A stretch of DNA of 64,000 bases from a virus (taxonomy: Duplodnaviria > Caudoviricetes), in IMG/VR virus record IMGVR_UViG_3300037400_005963, positions 1 through 64,000 of that record, one strand, 5' to 3'. The stretch's first letter is position 1, and each line of letters starts with the position of its first letter. The position numbers were made by a program, and so were the translations under genes. The notes under the pieces were generated by a model, which was not told the origin of the DNA, made no database searches, and saw nothing but the letters and a program-made list of their open reading frames with translations. Shown here in pieces: positions 11,200 to 22,100 of the stretch.

Positions 11200-12942
11200 T
11201 TATATAGGTATAGCTGATATAGCAGATTCAGCCATTGATATGAAATTTTTTATTGTATTAAAGGTGGTTGAAAATCCCGGTATTCTCTCTGCATATTTAG
11301 TAACCGGTAATTTATCTATGGAAGTTCTTAGTTTTGATATAATAGTCTCAATTCGAGTCTTTAGTTCTTTCAAACTACTTAAGAAGGCAGGAACTACACC
11401 AGGTGCAGTACCAGCACCGGAAGGAGTAACTACATTGATTGCAGCATACGCCTCTGAGATTCTAGTTGGAATATCACCACAAGTAGAACTTAACTCTGTT
11501 AAATTTGTTTTTAGATCTGATAATTCAGAGAATCGCTCTTTAAATGGGGTATCAAATCCAGCCTGAGGCAGTGATGCGCGAACTGCTGAAAAACTACTTG
11601 CATTACTGGGAGTTTCGCCTGAGGATTGACTTGCCGCTACGGAACTGCTTGAACTAATGGGCGTCTCTTTTCCAGGTACTGCGTCCTTTACTTCATCGCT
11701 TTCTCCATCTTCTAACTCAACTTCATTATTTTCTTCATCTTCATCCTCGTCCCCATCTACTATATAAATAGGGTCAACTTCTTCCTCTTCTTCATTCTCG
11801 TCATTATCATTATTCTCGGGAGTACCTAAAACTGTTGCTCCCGCTACAGAACTTACCACCTCATTTGCCGAAGAAACCACTTGATCGGCTACTGTTGTTA
11901 CCGAAGATGCATCGATACCAGTTGCTGAGGAAACTTGAGATACTACACTACTGATATCTGTCCCCGCAGGAAGAAGTTTTCCATCGGGTGTTAAAATAGT
12001 ATTATCCCACAGCGTAATTGGCTTACTTAGATCAATAAGACTATATAAATATTCATCGTGGATTTGTTCCGATCTTTTTTCTAATGCTGCCTGAGCTTCT
12101 GGAGATAAATTAACAACCTCCATTACGAATCGATCTTTTTCATCTCTTAGTACATCATCACCGACCCAGCAGTAATTCTTTCCTATAATAGACTTAGCAA
12201 TCAATTTTGAAATAGGATCGTCAGCTATTTGCCAACTAAGTGAAACAGTACCTCCATGGTCTTTATCATTTCTATTGGCATAATATCTAATATTAAGCCA
12301 AGGTTCCATTATGCCGTTATTATAGATATTTTTTATCTCCTCTAAGCTGGTAAATGCTACCTCTGGCCAGGTAACATCTATCTCAGTCTTAACAGCATTT
12401 CCATTCGCGTCTTTATATTTCCTGACGATCTTGTATCTTTCAGTAACATCTTTCAACGCTTTCACTATAAGGGCTCGCTGTCTTCTAGTCCAAGATTCCC
12501 CAGAACAAATCAACGTACCTGGAGTAAGAGCTAAATCACCTTTTTCCTCTTTTTTTATATTTACCCCGTTGATCTGTTGATATATTGTATCTAATTTTAA
12601 AGATTGACCATATTGTTCTATTACAGATACTTCACCTTCACTTACCCCAATTAGTTTTTTTAGGGCGGGAAGAAGAGTTTCACGGTTTTCTTCAGTTATT
12701 ACACCAGCAGTTTGAGATATTGGTATAATAATGTGGGCTTTTTCAATACGCTCTACTAAATTCCCATCTGAATCTTCTATTATATCAACCTGAACGGAAT
12801 GTGTATATCCGTTTATTTGAGGTAGTGTTGGATCAGCTACAGCAGGTGCATTATCCTGTGCCTCTACTTTACACATGAATGCAGCCAATTCCTTCAATTT
12901 ATCTTCAGGAATTAAACTTTCTACTTGAAATAGTTCTGCCAT
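11200..12942 (-). CDS. Hypothetical baseplate-region protein with acidic/Ser-rich linker and helical C-terminus
   Basis: 580-aa ORF between the spike and gp25-like genes. Confidence 0.6.
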   Translation of the reverse strand: MAELFQVESLIPEDKLKELAAFMCKVEAQDNAPAVADPTLPQINGYTHSVQVDIIEDSDGNLVERIEKAHIIIPISQTAGVITEENRETLLPALKKLIGVSEGEVSVIEQYGQSLKLDTIYQQINGVNIKKEEKGDLALTPGTLICSGESWTRRQRALIVKALKDVTERYKIVRKYKDANGNAVKTEIDVTWPEVAFTSLEEIKNIYNNGIMEPWLNIRYYANRNDKDHGGTVSLSWQIADDPISKLIAKSIIGKNYCWVGDDVLRDEKDRFVMEVVNLSPEAQAALEKRSEQIHDEYLYSLIDLSKPITLWDNTILTPDGKLLPAGTDISSVVSQVSSATGIDASSVTTVADQVVSSANEVVSSVAGATVLGTPENNDNDENEEEEEVDPIYIVDGDEDEDEENNEVELEDGESDEVKDAVPGKETPISSSSSVAASQSSGETPSNASSFSAVRASLPQAGFDTPFKERFSELSDLKTNLTELSSTCGDIPTRISEAYAAINVVTPSGAGTAPGVVPAFLSSLKELKTRIETIISKLRTSIDKLPVTKYAERIPGFSTTFNTIKNFISMAESAISAIPI

Positions 12943-12946
12943 AAGA

Positions 12947-13513
12947 TTAACCTAAAGTAATTTTATTACCGGATATTCCGGCCGTTCCGCTTGGTGGTGC
13001 AGCTGCTGGCCCTGACCAAAAAGGTCCACCCTCACCGCTTGGGATTGCCCTTCCACCATTAATAGTGAGCGTACCTGGTCCCATAAATGATATATCTCCT
13101 CCACCTGTAACATTGAAAGTAATCTTCGTGCCTTTTATTTCAATTTCTCCTTCTTTATTAAGCTTAATATAGGCAAAGGATTCCGGAGTACTTTCATTTC
13201 CTCCATTTTCATCATACCACTCATCATTATCGCTGTATACGCCCATTTCTATGGCTTCCTCAGTTATTTTAACCTTTTTTCCCATAGCTCTAAATCCTAT
13301 AAAACTATTCTCCTTAAGTTTTTCATAGAGATAGTAAGATTTATACTCTGGATCAAGTTCCCTGAGAAAGACGACATCCCCAACACGGGGCTCATCTACC
13401 TCCCCTCTTAAAGGAAAAGCTTGTAGCCCCGCATCTTGTTCGGGAATATCAACTTCTACTTGATAAAGATCTTTATCAAGAATTTTTGTTATCACTCCAA
13501 TGTAAGTTTCCAT
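12947..13513 (-). CDS. Baseplate central spike (gpV / gp5 OB-fold-like)
   Basis: N-terminal OB-like segment YIGVITKILDKDLYQVEVDIPE...PRVGDVVF followed by beta-strand repeats and a Gly/Pro tip. Confidence 0.65.
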   Translation of the reverse strand: METYIGVITKILDKDLYQVEVDIPEQDAGLQAFPLRGEVDEPRVGDVVFLRELDPEYKSYYLYEKLKENSFIGFRAMGKKVKITEEAIEMGVYSDNDEWYDENGGNESTPESFAYIKLNKEGEIEIKGTKITFNVTGGGDISFMGPGTLTINGGRAIPSGEGGPFWSGPAAAPPSGTAGISGNKITLG

Positions 13514-13519
13514 AATAAA

Positions 13520-14524
13520 TTAAAATAATATAGACCCTATGGCGGGTAAACCGTTCTCTAAGTGTAATTCAGATAAATCTTGAAAAGAGGAAAATGTATT
13601 GTCATATATTAAAGTTCTTAACGTACTTTCATCATCAACTTCCTCTTCTCCTTCATCTAATAAAATTTCCTCTTCAGTTACGTCATCCTCCTCTTCAGAT
13701 AAAGATGATTCTGTATGTCTCGAACTATTTCCCGAATTACTAGAAGACGATTGTGCATAAGTAAGATTATCGAGGTCTTCTTTTATAACTTTCGTCGCTA
13801 CAACATCGGAGGTTTCTAATTTTTCAACAGCTGGAGCATCTCCTTTCCCCATGACAGGACTTAAATCTATCTCTGTACTAGCACCCGGATATCTCCAAAT
13901 AGTTTTATATGGTCTATTACCTTTAGGACTTGGCATACCTCCTTTTCCATTAGCTGTATAAGGATGTGCACTTCCCCAGGTATAGGATAAGTCTACAAAC
14001 TGACCTTTATCAGTATCATAGTACTTACCACAATAGATTTCAATGTGTGGTACAGAAACAATGATATCAAAGGGCTTAAGACTGCTTGCTGAATATGGTA
14101 TTTCAGAAAATCCGCCCTCGCTCATCATGGTCACTAGTCTTTTTGGTAAATAAGGTGAGACTCCGCCGAATGTTTTTAGATATTGTTTTGCAGTAGGTGG
14201 ACAATTTAAATTTAATTCTCCTCCAACTCCCTGCTTGGGGAGCTGACCTCCATCACCACTACCATTTATACCCTTTCCGTAAACTTTAACTCCAAAATAT
14301 TGTAAACATGCACCTACGAAGCCACTACAATCATGTCTTACCTTTTTTCCAAGTAACTTACATTGAGAAAAAGCACCTTTACCTGATTGTTTATAATCTT
14401 TGATATTATGTTCATACCAGGTTTTCATTTCTATTACTTTCCTCTGCCAAGCATTTGTTCCTTTAAAATTAGAGGAATTTATTTTTTTTACTAATAGAAC
14501 TGTTCGTTTTGTATCGTTTGCCAT
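13520..14524 (-). CDS. NlpC/P60-superfamily peptidoglycan hydrolase with acidic C-terminal tail
   Basis: VRHDCSGFVGACL (catalytic Cys) and PFDIIVSVPHIEIY (His). Confidence 0.7.
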   Translation of the reverse strand: MANDTKRTVLLVKKINSSNFKGTNAWQRKVIEMKTWYEHNIKDYKQSGKGAFSQCKLLGKKVRHDCSGFVGACLQYFGVKVYGKGINGSGDGGQLPKQGVGGELNLNCPPTAKQYLKTFGGVSPYLPKRLVTMMSEGGFSEIPYSASSLKPFDIIVSVPHIEIYCGKYYDTDKGQFVDLSYTWGSAHPYTANGKGGMPSPKGNRPYKTIWRYPGASTEIDLSPVMGKGDAPAVEKLETSDVVATKVIKEDLDNLTYAQSSSSNSGNSSRHTESSLSEEEDDVTEEEILLDEGEEEVDDESTLRTLIYDNTFSSFQDLSELHLENGLPAIGSILF

Positions 14525-14537
14525 GTATTAAAATGTT

Positions 14538-15299
14538 TTAACTTCTAGCTGAACTTGCTGGAAAGGATTTAGGAGTACCGGCATATCTATAAATAGTATC
14601 ATAATTCATATGACTTTCAAACGACATTGGGGCACCTTTGTTAGGAGCAAGGTGATTTTTTGGTTTTAGGTTTCTATACGTTGCTAAGATTTGTTTACGT
14701 GTCCAAGATTTCCCTGGATCGTACGTGTCCCAAGCTCGACCCCAGGTATAAGCCTTTCCCCCATCTACGGGATTTCCTCCCCCAAATATCTCTATATGTT
14801 CATTATTTATAATAATATCAAATGCTTTCCACTGACTTTTATCTATCTTCATTTTCACAAAACCTCCCTTTTTCATCAAACCCTCAACAAAACTCGAAGA
14901 TCTATAATTTGCAGCGACAGGAGGTATATTTATGTGTCCTGCTGATGGAGCATTCTGAGAAACGTTAAACTCTATGTCGTCTCTTCCATAAATAATACAA
15001 CTAACTGATGTTTTAACGTGTCCTAGACATACTCCTTTTGGTGGAGGTACCTTCCATGGATTGTATACGTACACTCCAAAATAGGCTAGACAAGCACTAA
15101 CGAAACCGCTACAGTCTGCTCTAACTTGAGCCGGCACACCGTCAACCTTGCCCAAATAACCACTGCAGGGTACAAAATAACAAGAACTATAGCGTTTAAC
15201 ATTATTACAATACCAATTAGCCATACTTTTTACAGAATCCGGCCAACTACATCTACTAAAAACGGAAGTTCTTATCTTCTCTATTCCTTCGTTTGCCAT
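14538..15299 (-). CDS. NlpC/P60-superfamily peptidoglycan hydrolase (paralogue)
   Basis: VRADCSGFVSACL and AFDIIINNEHIEIFG. Confidence 0.7.
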   Translation of the reverse strand: MANEGIEKIRTSVFSRCSWPDSVKSMANWYCNNVKRYSSCYFVPCSGYLGKVDGVPAQVRADCSGFVSACLAYFGVYVYNPWKVPPPKGVCLGHVKTSVSCIIYGRDDIEFNVSQNAPSAGHINIPPVAANYRSSSFVEGLMKKGGFVKMKIDKSQWKAFDIIINNEHIEIFGGGNPVDGGKAYTWGRAWDTYDPGKSWTRKQILATYRNLKPKNHLAPNKGAPMSFESHMNYDTIYRYAGTPKSFPASSARS

Positions 15300-15313
15300 A
15301 TATTATTAATATT

Positions 15314-16042
15314 TTAACTTCTTGCCGAACTCGCTGGGAAAGAGTTAGGGGTACCTGTAAACCTATAGATAGTATCGTAGGTCATATGACTCTCGAATGC
15401 CATTGAAGATCCTGCAGGGGCGGAGTGATTTTTAGGATCTAATTTACCATATGCCCTTTTAATCTGATCTCTCGTCCAAGGTTTTGTTTTATCGACAGTA
15501 TCCCAAGCTCGACCCCAGGTATAAGCCTTTCCACCTGAACCCGTATTAGATCCACCGCCGAATATTTCTATATGACCAGTATTTATAATAATATCAAATG
15601 CTTTCCATTGACTTCTACTAAGTCCATCCATTTTCACAAAACCTCCCTTTTTCATTAGACTCTGAATAAAGCTTGATCCTTTATATCCAGCAGCTCCAGC
15701 AAGGGGTGGAATACTCAAATGTCCTCCCTTAGGAGGGTTCTGAGATACATTAAACTCAATATCTCCCCTTCCGACAATAGTACAATCAATTGATTTTTGC
15801 ACGTGACCTGTATCACCCCATGGATTATAGGTATATACTCCAAATTTAGCTAGACAAGCACTGACATAACCACTACAATCTGCTCTAACTTGAGCTGGCA
15901 TATCATCAATGTATCCTAATTCAGGACACTTAAAAAATTTCCATTGACAATAAATTCTAACATTATTACAATACCAATTAGCCATTCTCTTCACTGTTTC
16001 TGGCCAACTATATCGTGTAAGATGTGAGGTTGTTATTTTCAT
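15314..16042 (-). CDS. NlpC/P60-superfamily peptidoglycan hydrolase (paralogue)
   Basis: VRADCSGYVSACL and AFDIIINTGHIEIFG; near-duplicate of 14538..15299. Confidence 0.7.
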   Translation of the reverse strand: MKITTSHLTRYSWPETVKRMANWYCNNVRIYCQWKFFKCPELGYIDDMPAQVRADCSGYVSACLAKFGVYTYNPWGDTGHVQKSIDCTIVGRGDIEFNVSQNPPKGGHLSIPPLAGAAGYKGSSFIQSLMKKGGFVKMDGLSRSQWKAFDIIINTGHIEIFGGGSNTGSGGKAYTWGRAWDTVDKTKPWTRDQIKRAYGKLDPKNHSAPAGSSMAFESHMTYDTIYRFTGTPNSFPASSARS

Positions 16043-16080
16043 TTTTTCTATGGACTTATTGTTTAAATAAGTAACAATAA

Positions 16081-17235
16081 TTATCCTAATGCAGGAGGTA
16101 ATGTCGAATTTTCATTTTCAACGTCACCTTCTCTATAGTAGATAGGATCTTTCGATTCATCTTTTTTGCTGGGGTCTTCTCCTTCTTCTTTGTCCAAGGC
16201 AATGCTACCATCCTCTTCTAATCCTACAAAAGTGGATTGAAAACTGAGCGATTTACCATTCTCTCGAATCGAACTATTTCCAGCTATAAAAAATTTCAAT
16301 GAATAAACTAAGTAATATTTGTGCGGCCAAGAAGTGTCTCTATCATTGTCTTCAACACAATTAAATATCACAACTTCCCCTAATGAATAATCAGGCCATT
16401 CTTCTAACTCAAGATCTTGCCTATGAAAGAAATTACTATTTAGGTAAGCATCATTTGTCATTGAATTTTCATATAACTGACCATGAGTAGCAGAAACATA
16501 AGATACTTCTCCTCGCTTTTGAATTGATCTAATGAATCGAGGTTGTTTATCTTTATAGTCTTTGCCTAGTCCATTTTTTTCAGAATCCTCCCATGCATTA
16601 AAAGGTGGAGTATACAACTCTGGATTGTATGTTTTTGAATACCTATTTTTTAACTGTTTTCGCGTACATTTAACTGTTTTTGCATTCTCTAGGTCATCTA
16701 AAGTATATGTTTCCCTTATCATATACTTATCGAAAATAAAACCGTAGATAGCACTTCTTTTATAACCAGAAGCAAGTTTAGCAAATAGTTCAATGTCCGT
16801 CATATTATTCTGATGGAACGTTAATTCTCCCTGAACATCAGTATCACAAGAAATTTCTGTATTCGGATAGATTTGATTTAATACTTCATCTAACGTTCCA
16901 CGATAAGTTTGTTTTTTCTTATCTCTAGCATACTTTGGATCAGATATACATATGTACCTTAATCGTAATACATCTTTTATATATTCACGCTTAATTACAA
17001 AAAATTTAACTTCTAGAGCAGGACGATTATCCTTTTCTATGTAAATAGTGCCATAATCCAAATTTTCCGTCGCTTGATTTGTTTCCTCGGATGTTACAAA
17101 TCCCTCTAAATTTAGTACACCCTCTGATGGTGCTCCTCCTAAACTAGCATTTAAAGAAATACTAGCTAGTTTAAATCCACAGTCCATCCAAGGTAAGACT
17201 TCTACGGATATTCCAGAAGAATGCGTATATTTCAT
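16081..17235 (-). CDS. Baseplate hub protein (T4 gp27 / P2 gpD-like), putative
   Basis: 384 aa; FHQNNMTDIELFAKLA resembles the Q-x-x-x-T-D-x-x-F motif of hub proteins; position between the gp53-like and spike genes. Confidence 0.6.
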   Translation of the reverse strand: MKYTHSSGISVEVLPWMDCGFKLASISLNASLGGAPSEGVLNLEGFVTSEETNQATENLDYGTIYIEKDNRPALEVKFFVIKREYIKDVLRLRYICISDPKYARDKKKQTYRGTLDEVLNQIYPNTEISCDTDVQGELTFHQNNMTDIELFAKLASGYKRSAIYGFIFDKYMIRETYTLDDLENAKTVKCTRKQLKNRYSKTYNPELYTPPFNAWEDSEKNGLGKDYKDKQPRFIRSIQKRGEVSYVSATHGQLYENSMTNDAYLNSNFFHRQDLELEEWPDYSLGEVVIFNCVEDNDRDTSWPHKYYLVYSLKFFIAGNSSIRENGKSLSFQSTFVGLEEDGSIALDKEEGEDPSKKDESKDPIYYREGDVENENSTLPPALG

Positions 17236-17241
17236 TTATTA

Positions 17242-17550
17242 TTACTTTAAAGAGTTTATTAAAACATCCAATGTCTCTTTCGGTAACAACCTTAATGTAT
17301 TTCCTTCATAAAAATCATCAAAAGTTGCACCACAAGTCAACAAAAATAATCCATAATATTTAGATTCCCCATAAAAGTCTAGGGAGATAAGATCAGGTCT
17401 ATATCCATCATTTTTTATGGTATAATCTACCCTATCAAAATCTCCCTGACTAATGAGGTCTAATAGTTTTGAATTATATATATCAGTATCTTCTATATAA
17501 TTAGAAATATCTGATCGATTAACTCGAATTCTATTAGATAATTTAAACAT
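17242..17550 (-). CDS. Baseplate wedge protein, gp53 / LysM-like
   Basis: YRPDLISLDFYGESKYYGLFLL is the typical gp53-like RPD-x-I-S-x-x-x-YG motif. Confidence 0.7.
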   Translation of the reverse strand: MFKLSNRIRVNRSDISNYIEDTDIYNSKLLDLISQGDFDRVDYTIKNDGYRPDLISLDFYGESKYYGLFLLTCGATFDDFYEGNTLRLLPKETLDVLINSLK

Positions 17551-17553
17551 ATC

Positions 17554-19089
17554 TTACTTTTTCTTCTTAGTACCGGTTTTCTTAGTACCTTTTCGCTTAC
17601 TACTTCCTCTTTTTCCTTTTCGTTTGCGCCCTCTCTTTCCACTTCCTTTCTCTGGTTCCTGGGATAAATCCTGACCAATTGTATACGTAGGTTCTTTCTG
17701 CCCTACACCAGCGTCATTCAACCAACTCCTCCATGCTCCAGGAACATAAGCTTGTCTATTCAAGTATTGCTGAGATAAACTTAATCCCTGTAGCATATTC
17801 ATAGAAGTCGTGTTTCTATCTGTAACATTAGCTTTTCCTTTCAGGAATCTGAGAAGACTATTTTTTGAGTATTTAGTTACGGGTTTTAAACTTAAGGTTA
17901 TATCACAATAGGCTGGAGTTACATTAAGAGGACTAACAGGATCCTTAATAAGTTGCTTAGACATGGTAAAATTACAATTAATTATTACCAAATTCTCTAA
18001 TGCAAAAAGAGTTCCTATTCTAAGTTTAAGTGTTCCTTTTTGAACAATATCAACATCCTTTGGATACGCTTCAAATCCACCTGGTGGGAGCTGCCAGGAC
18101 GCAAATTCCGTAGCTATTTTTGATAACTCGTTCGCTGCGTCCTTAGCAACAGCCACTAACTTGGAATCATCGGCTTCTGATTCAAAACCACCAAAGTTAA
18201 CTGGAACAAAATCACCGATTATATAGGGCATTAAGGTGTCTAGCTGATCGTATACACTTAGAAATTCAATTCTATCTCTCTTCAATTCCCAAGTAGGAAA
18301 TATTGTGAAGTCCATGGTAAGATTTTCTGGATTTACCGAGGTACCTGCATAAAAGCTGAACCTAGTTCCTTGAACAACTAAGGCTCTGTTCATTAAGGTA
18401 GTTTGCAATTTACCTGCACCCTCAAATCCCTTAAGAACTTTTGCCATAGTTCCTATCCAACCTGATTCCAATCCTTCCTCTTTTCTTTGCTTTACCATTT
18501 CATCAGTCTTCTTCGTAACTCCCTTTAAGAAGTCACCCATTGCATTAATCAATGGAAGAGAAGATTTCTGTTGATTAAAGAAAGATGATAATGGATCACC
18601 ACCCATCTCAGTGAATTGATTATTAACAGATAATTTAAAATCCTCTTTAAGAATAGAAGTACAGATGGCCTCTTTGGCATATGGATAATTTAAATCCATT
18701 TTTGTTTTACCATCTTCTCCAACACCCTCATAGGTTACTGGATCTCGATCTTCCTCATCTTCGGGGTGAAATATTTTTAAAAATGCTTTAGTATTTCCAT
18801 GTTGAACCGCACGATGTGGTGTACCCTCACTTCTAATTCTTGCCCATCTTGGAACAAATGCGTGAGTCTTATTCTGATCAATATTCTTTACATACTCCAC
18901 TACTGCAGTATTCGGATGTAATGAAACACGCGTTCTTGGATCCTGTAATTGAATATCATAATAAAATCCACTATATTCATGAGAATCTGTTCCTAGACGT
19001 TTATTTTCCAGCTTATATGCTTCTTGTCGTAATAATTGATCCTGTGAAGTAATAACGGAAGAAACTTGCGATTTTTCTCTTTCTGCCAT
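17554..19089 (-). CDS. Baseplate/tail-tube initiator (gp48/gp54-like), putative, with K/R-rich C-terminus
   Basis: Immediately after the tape measure; tube-fold-like C-terminal half (LKLRIGTLFALENLVIINCNFT...PAYCDITLSLKP). Confidence 0.55.
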   Translation of the reverse strand: MAEREKSQVSSVITSQDQLLRQEAYKLENKRLGTDSHEYSGFYYDIQLQDPRTRVSLHPNTAVVEYVKNIDQNKTHAFVPRWARIRSEGTPHRAVQHGNTKAFLKIFHPEDEEDRDPVTYEGVGEDGKTKMDLNYPYAKEAICTSILKEDFKLSVNNQFTEMGGDPLSSFFNQQKSSLPLINAMGDFLKGVTKKTDEMVKQRKEEGLESGWIGTMAKVLKGFEGAGKLQTTLMNRALVVQGTRFSFYAGTSVNPENLTMDFTIFPTWELKRDRIEFLSVYDQLDTLMPYIIGDFVPVNFGGFESEADDSKLVAVAKDAANELSKIATEFASWQLPPGGFEAYPKDVDIVQKGTLKLRIGTLFALENLVIINCNFTMSKQLIKDPVSPLNVTPAYCDITLSLKPVTKYSKNSLLRFLKGKANVTDRNTTSMNMLQGLSLSQQYLNRQAYVPGAWRSWLNDAGVGQKEPTYTIGQDLSQEPEKGSGKRGRKRKGKRGSSKRKGTKKTGTKKKK

Positions 19090-19133
19090 ACACTATTATG
19101 ATTTAGTAAGTTGTGGGGACATTATTGGTAGTA

Positions 19134-22100
19134 TTAAGCACCACTGCCGCCTCCACCTCCTTGATCGCCGCCTTCGCCACCGGATTGCGTAACTTGTGCA
19201 TTACCATTTTCATCAATATTTACATTAATAGCAAGACTCTTCATTCCGCCTTCTATTGACTGTACGGTTGCTTGAATTGCATCCAATGCATTAACAACAG
19301 CACCAATTTCTGTAATTTCCCCGGCTTGGAGTTTATGTTGAGTTTCCATCTGCTGCCAATCAATTCGTTTTTGATTTTCTGCATATCTTTGTGCTGCCTC
19401 AGTATCGAAACCTAACTGTTGAGCTCTCTGTACGTTCTGCTCTTTATACTTAGCAAGTGAATCTTTATCATACATCACTGATTTAAGATGACCGTTTTCA
19501 AATGCAGCTAAAGCAGTAGATCCATCGGGCATTGTCATCTTACCTACAGTAGCTTCACCCTTCTCAGAAGCCTGCTGTTTCATCCAATTTGTTTGCTCCT
19601 TAGTGAAGTTCTCTGCATCTAACCCCATCTTATCAGCAAGCGCTTGGACGAAGTTATTTAGTGCCTCTTCGGTGGTAACGCCTCCAGACATATCAAGTTT
19701 TTCTGTCTGGATATCCATTTCGGTACGTTTCTTTTCCGTGATAGGATTTCCTTGTGCGTCGTGCATAATTTCCCCAGTCTCGGGATCTTTCTTGACTATT
19801 TCATAGTCCTGTCCCATCTTGAAACCACCATATGATTTACCAGTTGCTTGAGCTTCTTCCCACCATGCTTCTGCCTGTCTTTGTCCTAAGCTAGTAGCTA
19901 GGTTTCGATCTGCATATCGACCGAATGCCATTGCTTCTTTGGTAGCAGCTAAGTCAAATTCACCTTGAGCATTAAATTGTCTATAAGGATTACTCTCAGC
20001 ACTTGCTTCTTCATCCGAGATAGCATCTCGGAGATTTTCAAATTCTGCACCTCTTCGCGCATCGCCGGCCGCATTTTGAGTTCCACCTCTTGTTATTCCG
20101 AATTTTCTCTTAAGATCAGTTCCACGTAGCTCTGCAAGTTCACCAGAGTCGTTCATTTCATAGAATTTTCCATCCTTCTGGTAAACATTCTTTCCATTAC
20201 CGACAGGAATTAATTTGTAAGTATCTTCGCCAACCTCTTGATAATCAAATCCACCTGACTTGCCTTTTGTAGCTATCGCACTATATTTCTTTGAGTACTC
20301 TTCATCAGTTAATTTCCTCTTTATTCTTCTGCCGGTATCTGGATCAATGTCTTCGACCTCTATCTCTTTTCCATCGAATCCTACATATTTCCAATTACCG
20401 TCTTTATCTTTTACCCTTCTGAGGAAATTATCTTGTCCGAGTTCTTCATTGAATTTACCGATACCGCCCCTAAGTTGTTGGTCGGTTATAGTATTAGAAT
20501 CAATTCCGTAATAATTTAGTGCTGCCCTTGCTTCTAAAGGAGTAAGTGTTTTATCCGATATACCTCTCGCAAGATTAGTTAACTTATTGCCCATCTCTAT
20601 ATCCGTCTGTTTGCTGATCTCATTAGTCTTTTCTGCTAGATATTTCCGATATGCTTCTTTTCTCTGTTTTTCGCTCATATCTTCCCACTTCTCAGCATCT
20701 TTATTAATTTGATCAGTTTCAAACTGTTGGAAAGTATAACCTTTACCTTTAGTTAAACCATTTACTACGCCCTGTCGGACTGATTCCTTATTACCTTGCA
20801 GTGATCTAATGAGGCTTTGTTTCTTAGAGTCTGTGATAGCGCTATAATCTCCGGTACTGAGGGTATTATAGAGACGGGTCATTTCATCAAGGTCACCTTC
20901 TTTATATCCTTCGAGTAAGAGTTTTTCTCTCATGGACTCCATTAAGTTCATGCCGATATCCTCTTTACTCCGCTGTCCCTTTTCCGTTATGTATCTATGC
21001 ATTGCATTAGCATCATCACCGTATTTATCTAAGAAATAATCACCAAACTCTTTATCCTGTGTTTTCTGAGTTTGAACATATTGTTCGAAATTAGAAAGTT
21101 GGGTTTGATATTTTGCTATCTCCTGATTTAGTTTAACCCTCTGCTTATTTCTTTTCTGTTTAGCACCTATTGTTGTAGCATCATCCCAAGGAGTTATACT
21201 TTCAATATCCTGCGTCGAATTCATGATCTGATTCTGAAGAGTCATATAATCAAATGCATCTGCTGCTTGCGCCTCACTGTCTTGGATATATTCTCGCATC
21301 TGTCTTGTTAGTCGCGTAGCTTTATCTCTTTCCTCTTCATTGTTTGGATCATAATCTCTAATTACTTGATGTGCAAGATCTCCTTCATTTGCCCGACGTC
21401 TACCCCGAGATTGTCTTGGGAGTTCTCTTCCCCATCGATCTTCGGCAGATAAGAGTTTTACTTCTTCAGGTTTACCACTCTCTGTTTCCATTTCGAAAAC
21501 TACATCTCCATCATCATTAACTCTCCACTTTCTCTTCTTTAATCTTACGGGATTAACATTTCCATCTTCGGCACCTATTTGAACTGAATGTCCATTTTCC
21601 GCCGTTTCAAGTGCATATTTGGACTCTAATCTTCCCTTTCTTCCCTGTACTCGATCCAAAATTTTATTCATCTCATCTAAAAGCGGCTGATTTTCTTCTC
21701 CTGCAAACATCATTGCTAGCATCATCCGTTTCATCTGTTCTTTTGGATCACTAAAACCATTACTTGGAAGATTTACACTTATATCTTTCGGCTTATACAT
21801 TTCCGAAGGATTGTTACTATCCATATTATAGAAAGTATCAGGATTATTGAAATCGACTCCCATCCTGGCCCAATATGGATCACTGACGTCAAGATTATAC
21901 ATAGCCAGTTGATTTCCAGAACCAAAATAGTTGGAGTAGTTACCATTCCAGAAGGGATTACTCTGTAAGTTTTCCCCCTCTGCATCTAAGAAGCGTTTTG
22001 CACCTGCGTAGTCACCCATTCGAACATAACCAAAAAGTTCGGCTTGTTTCCTTATTACGTTTGGATCTGCCCTCCTTAGACTGTCTCTCTTCTTACGAAC

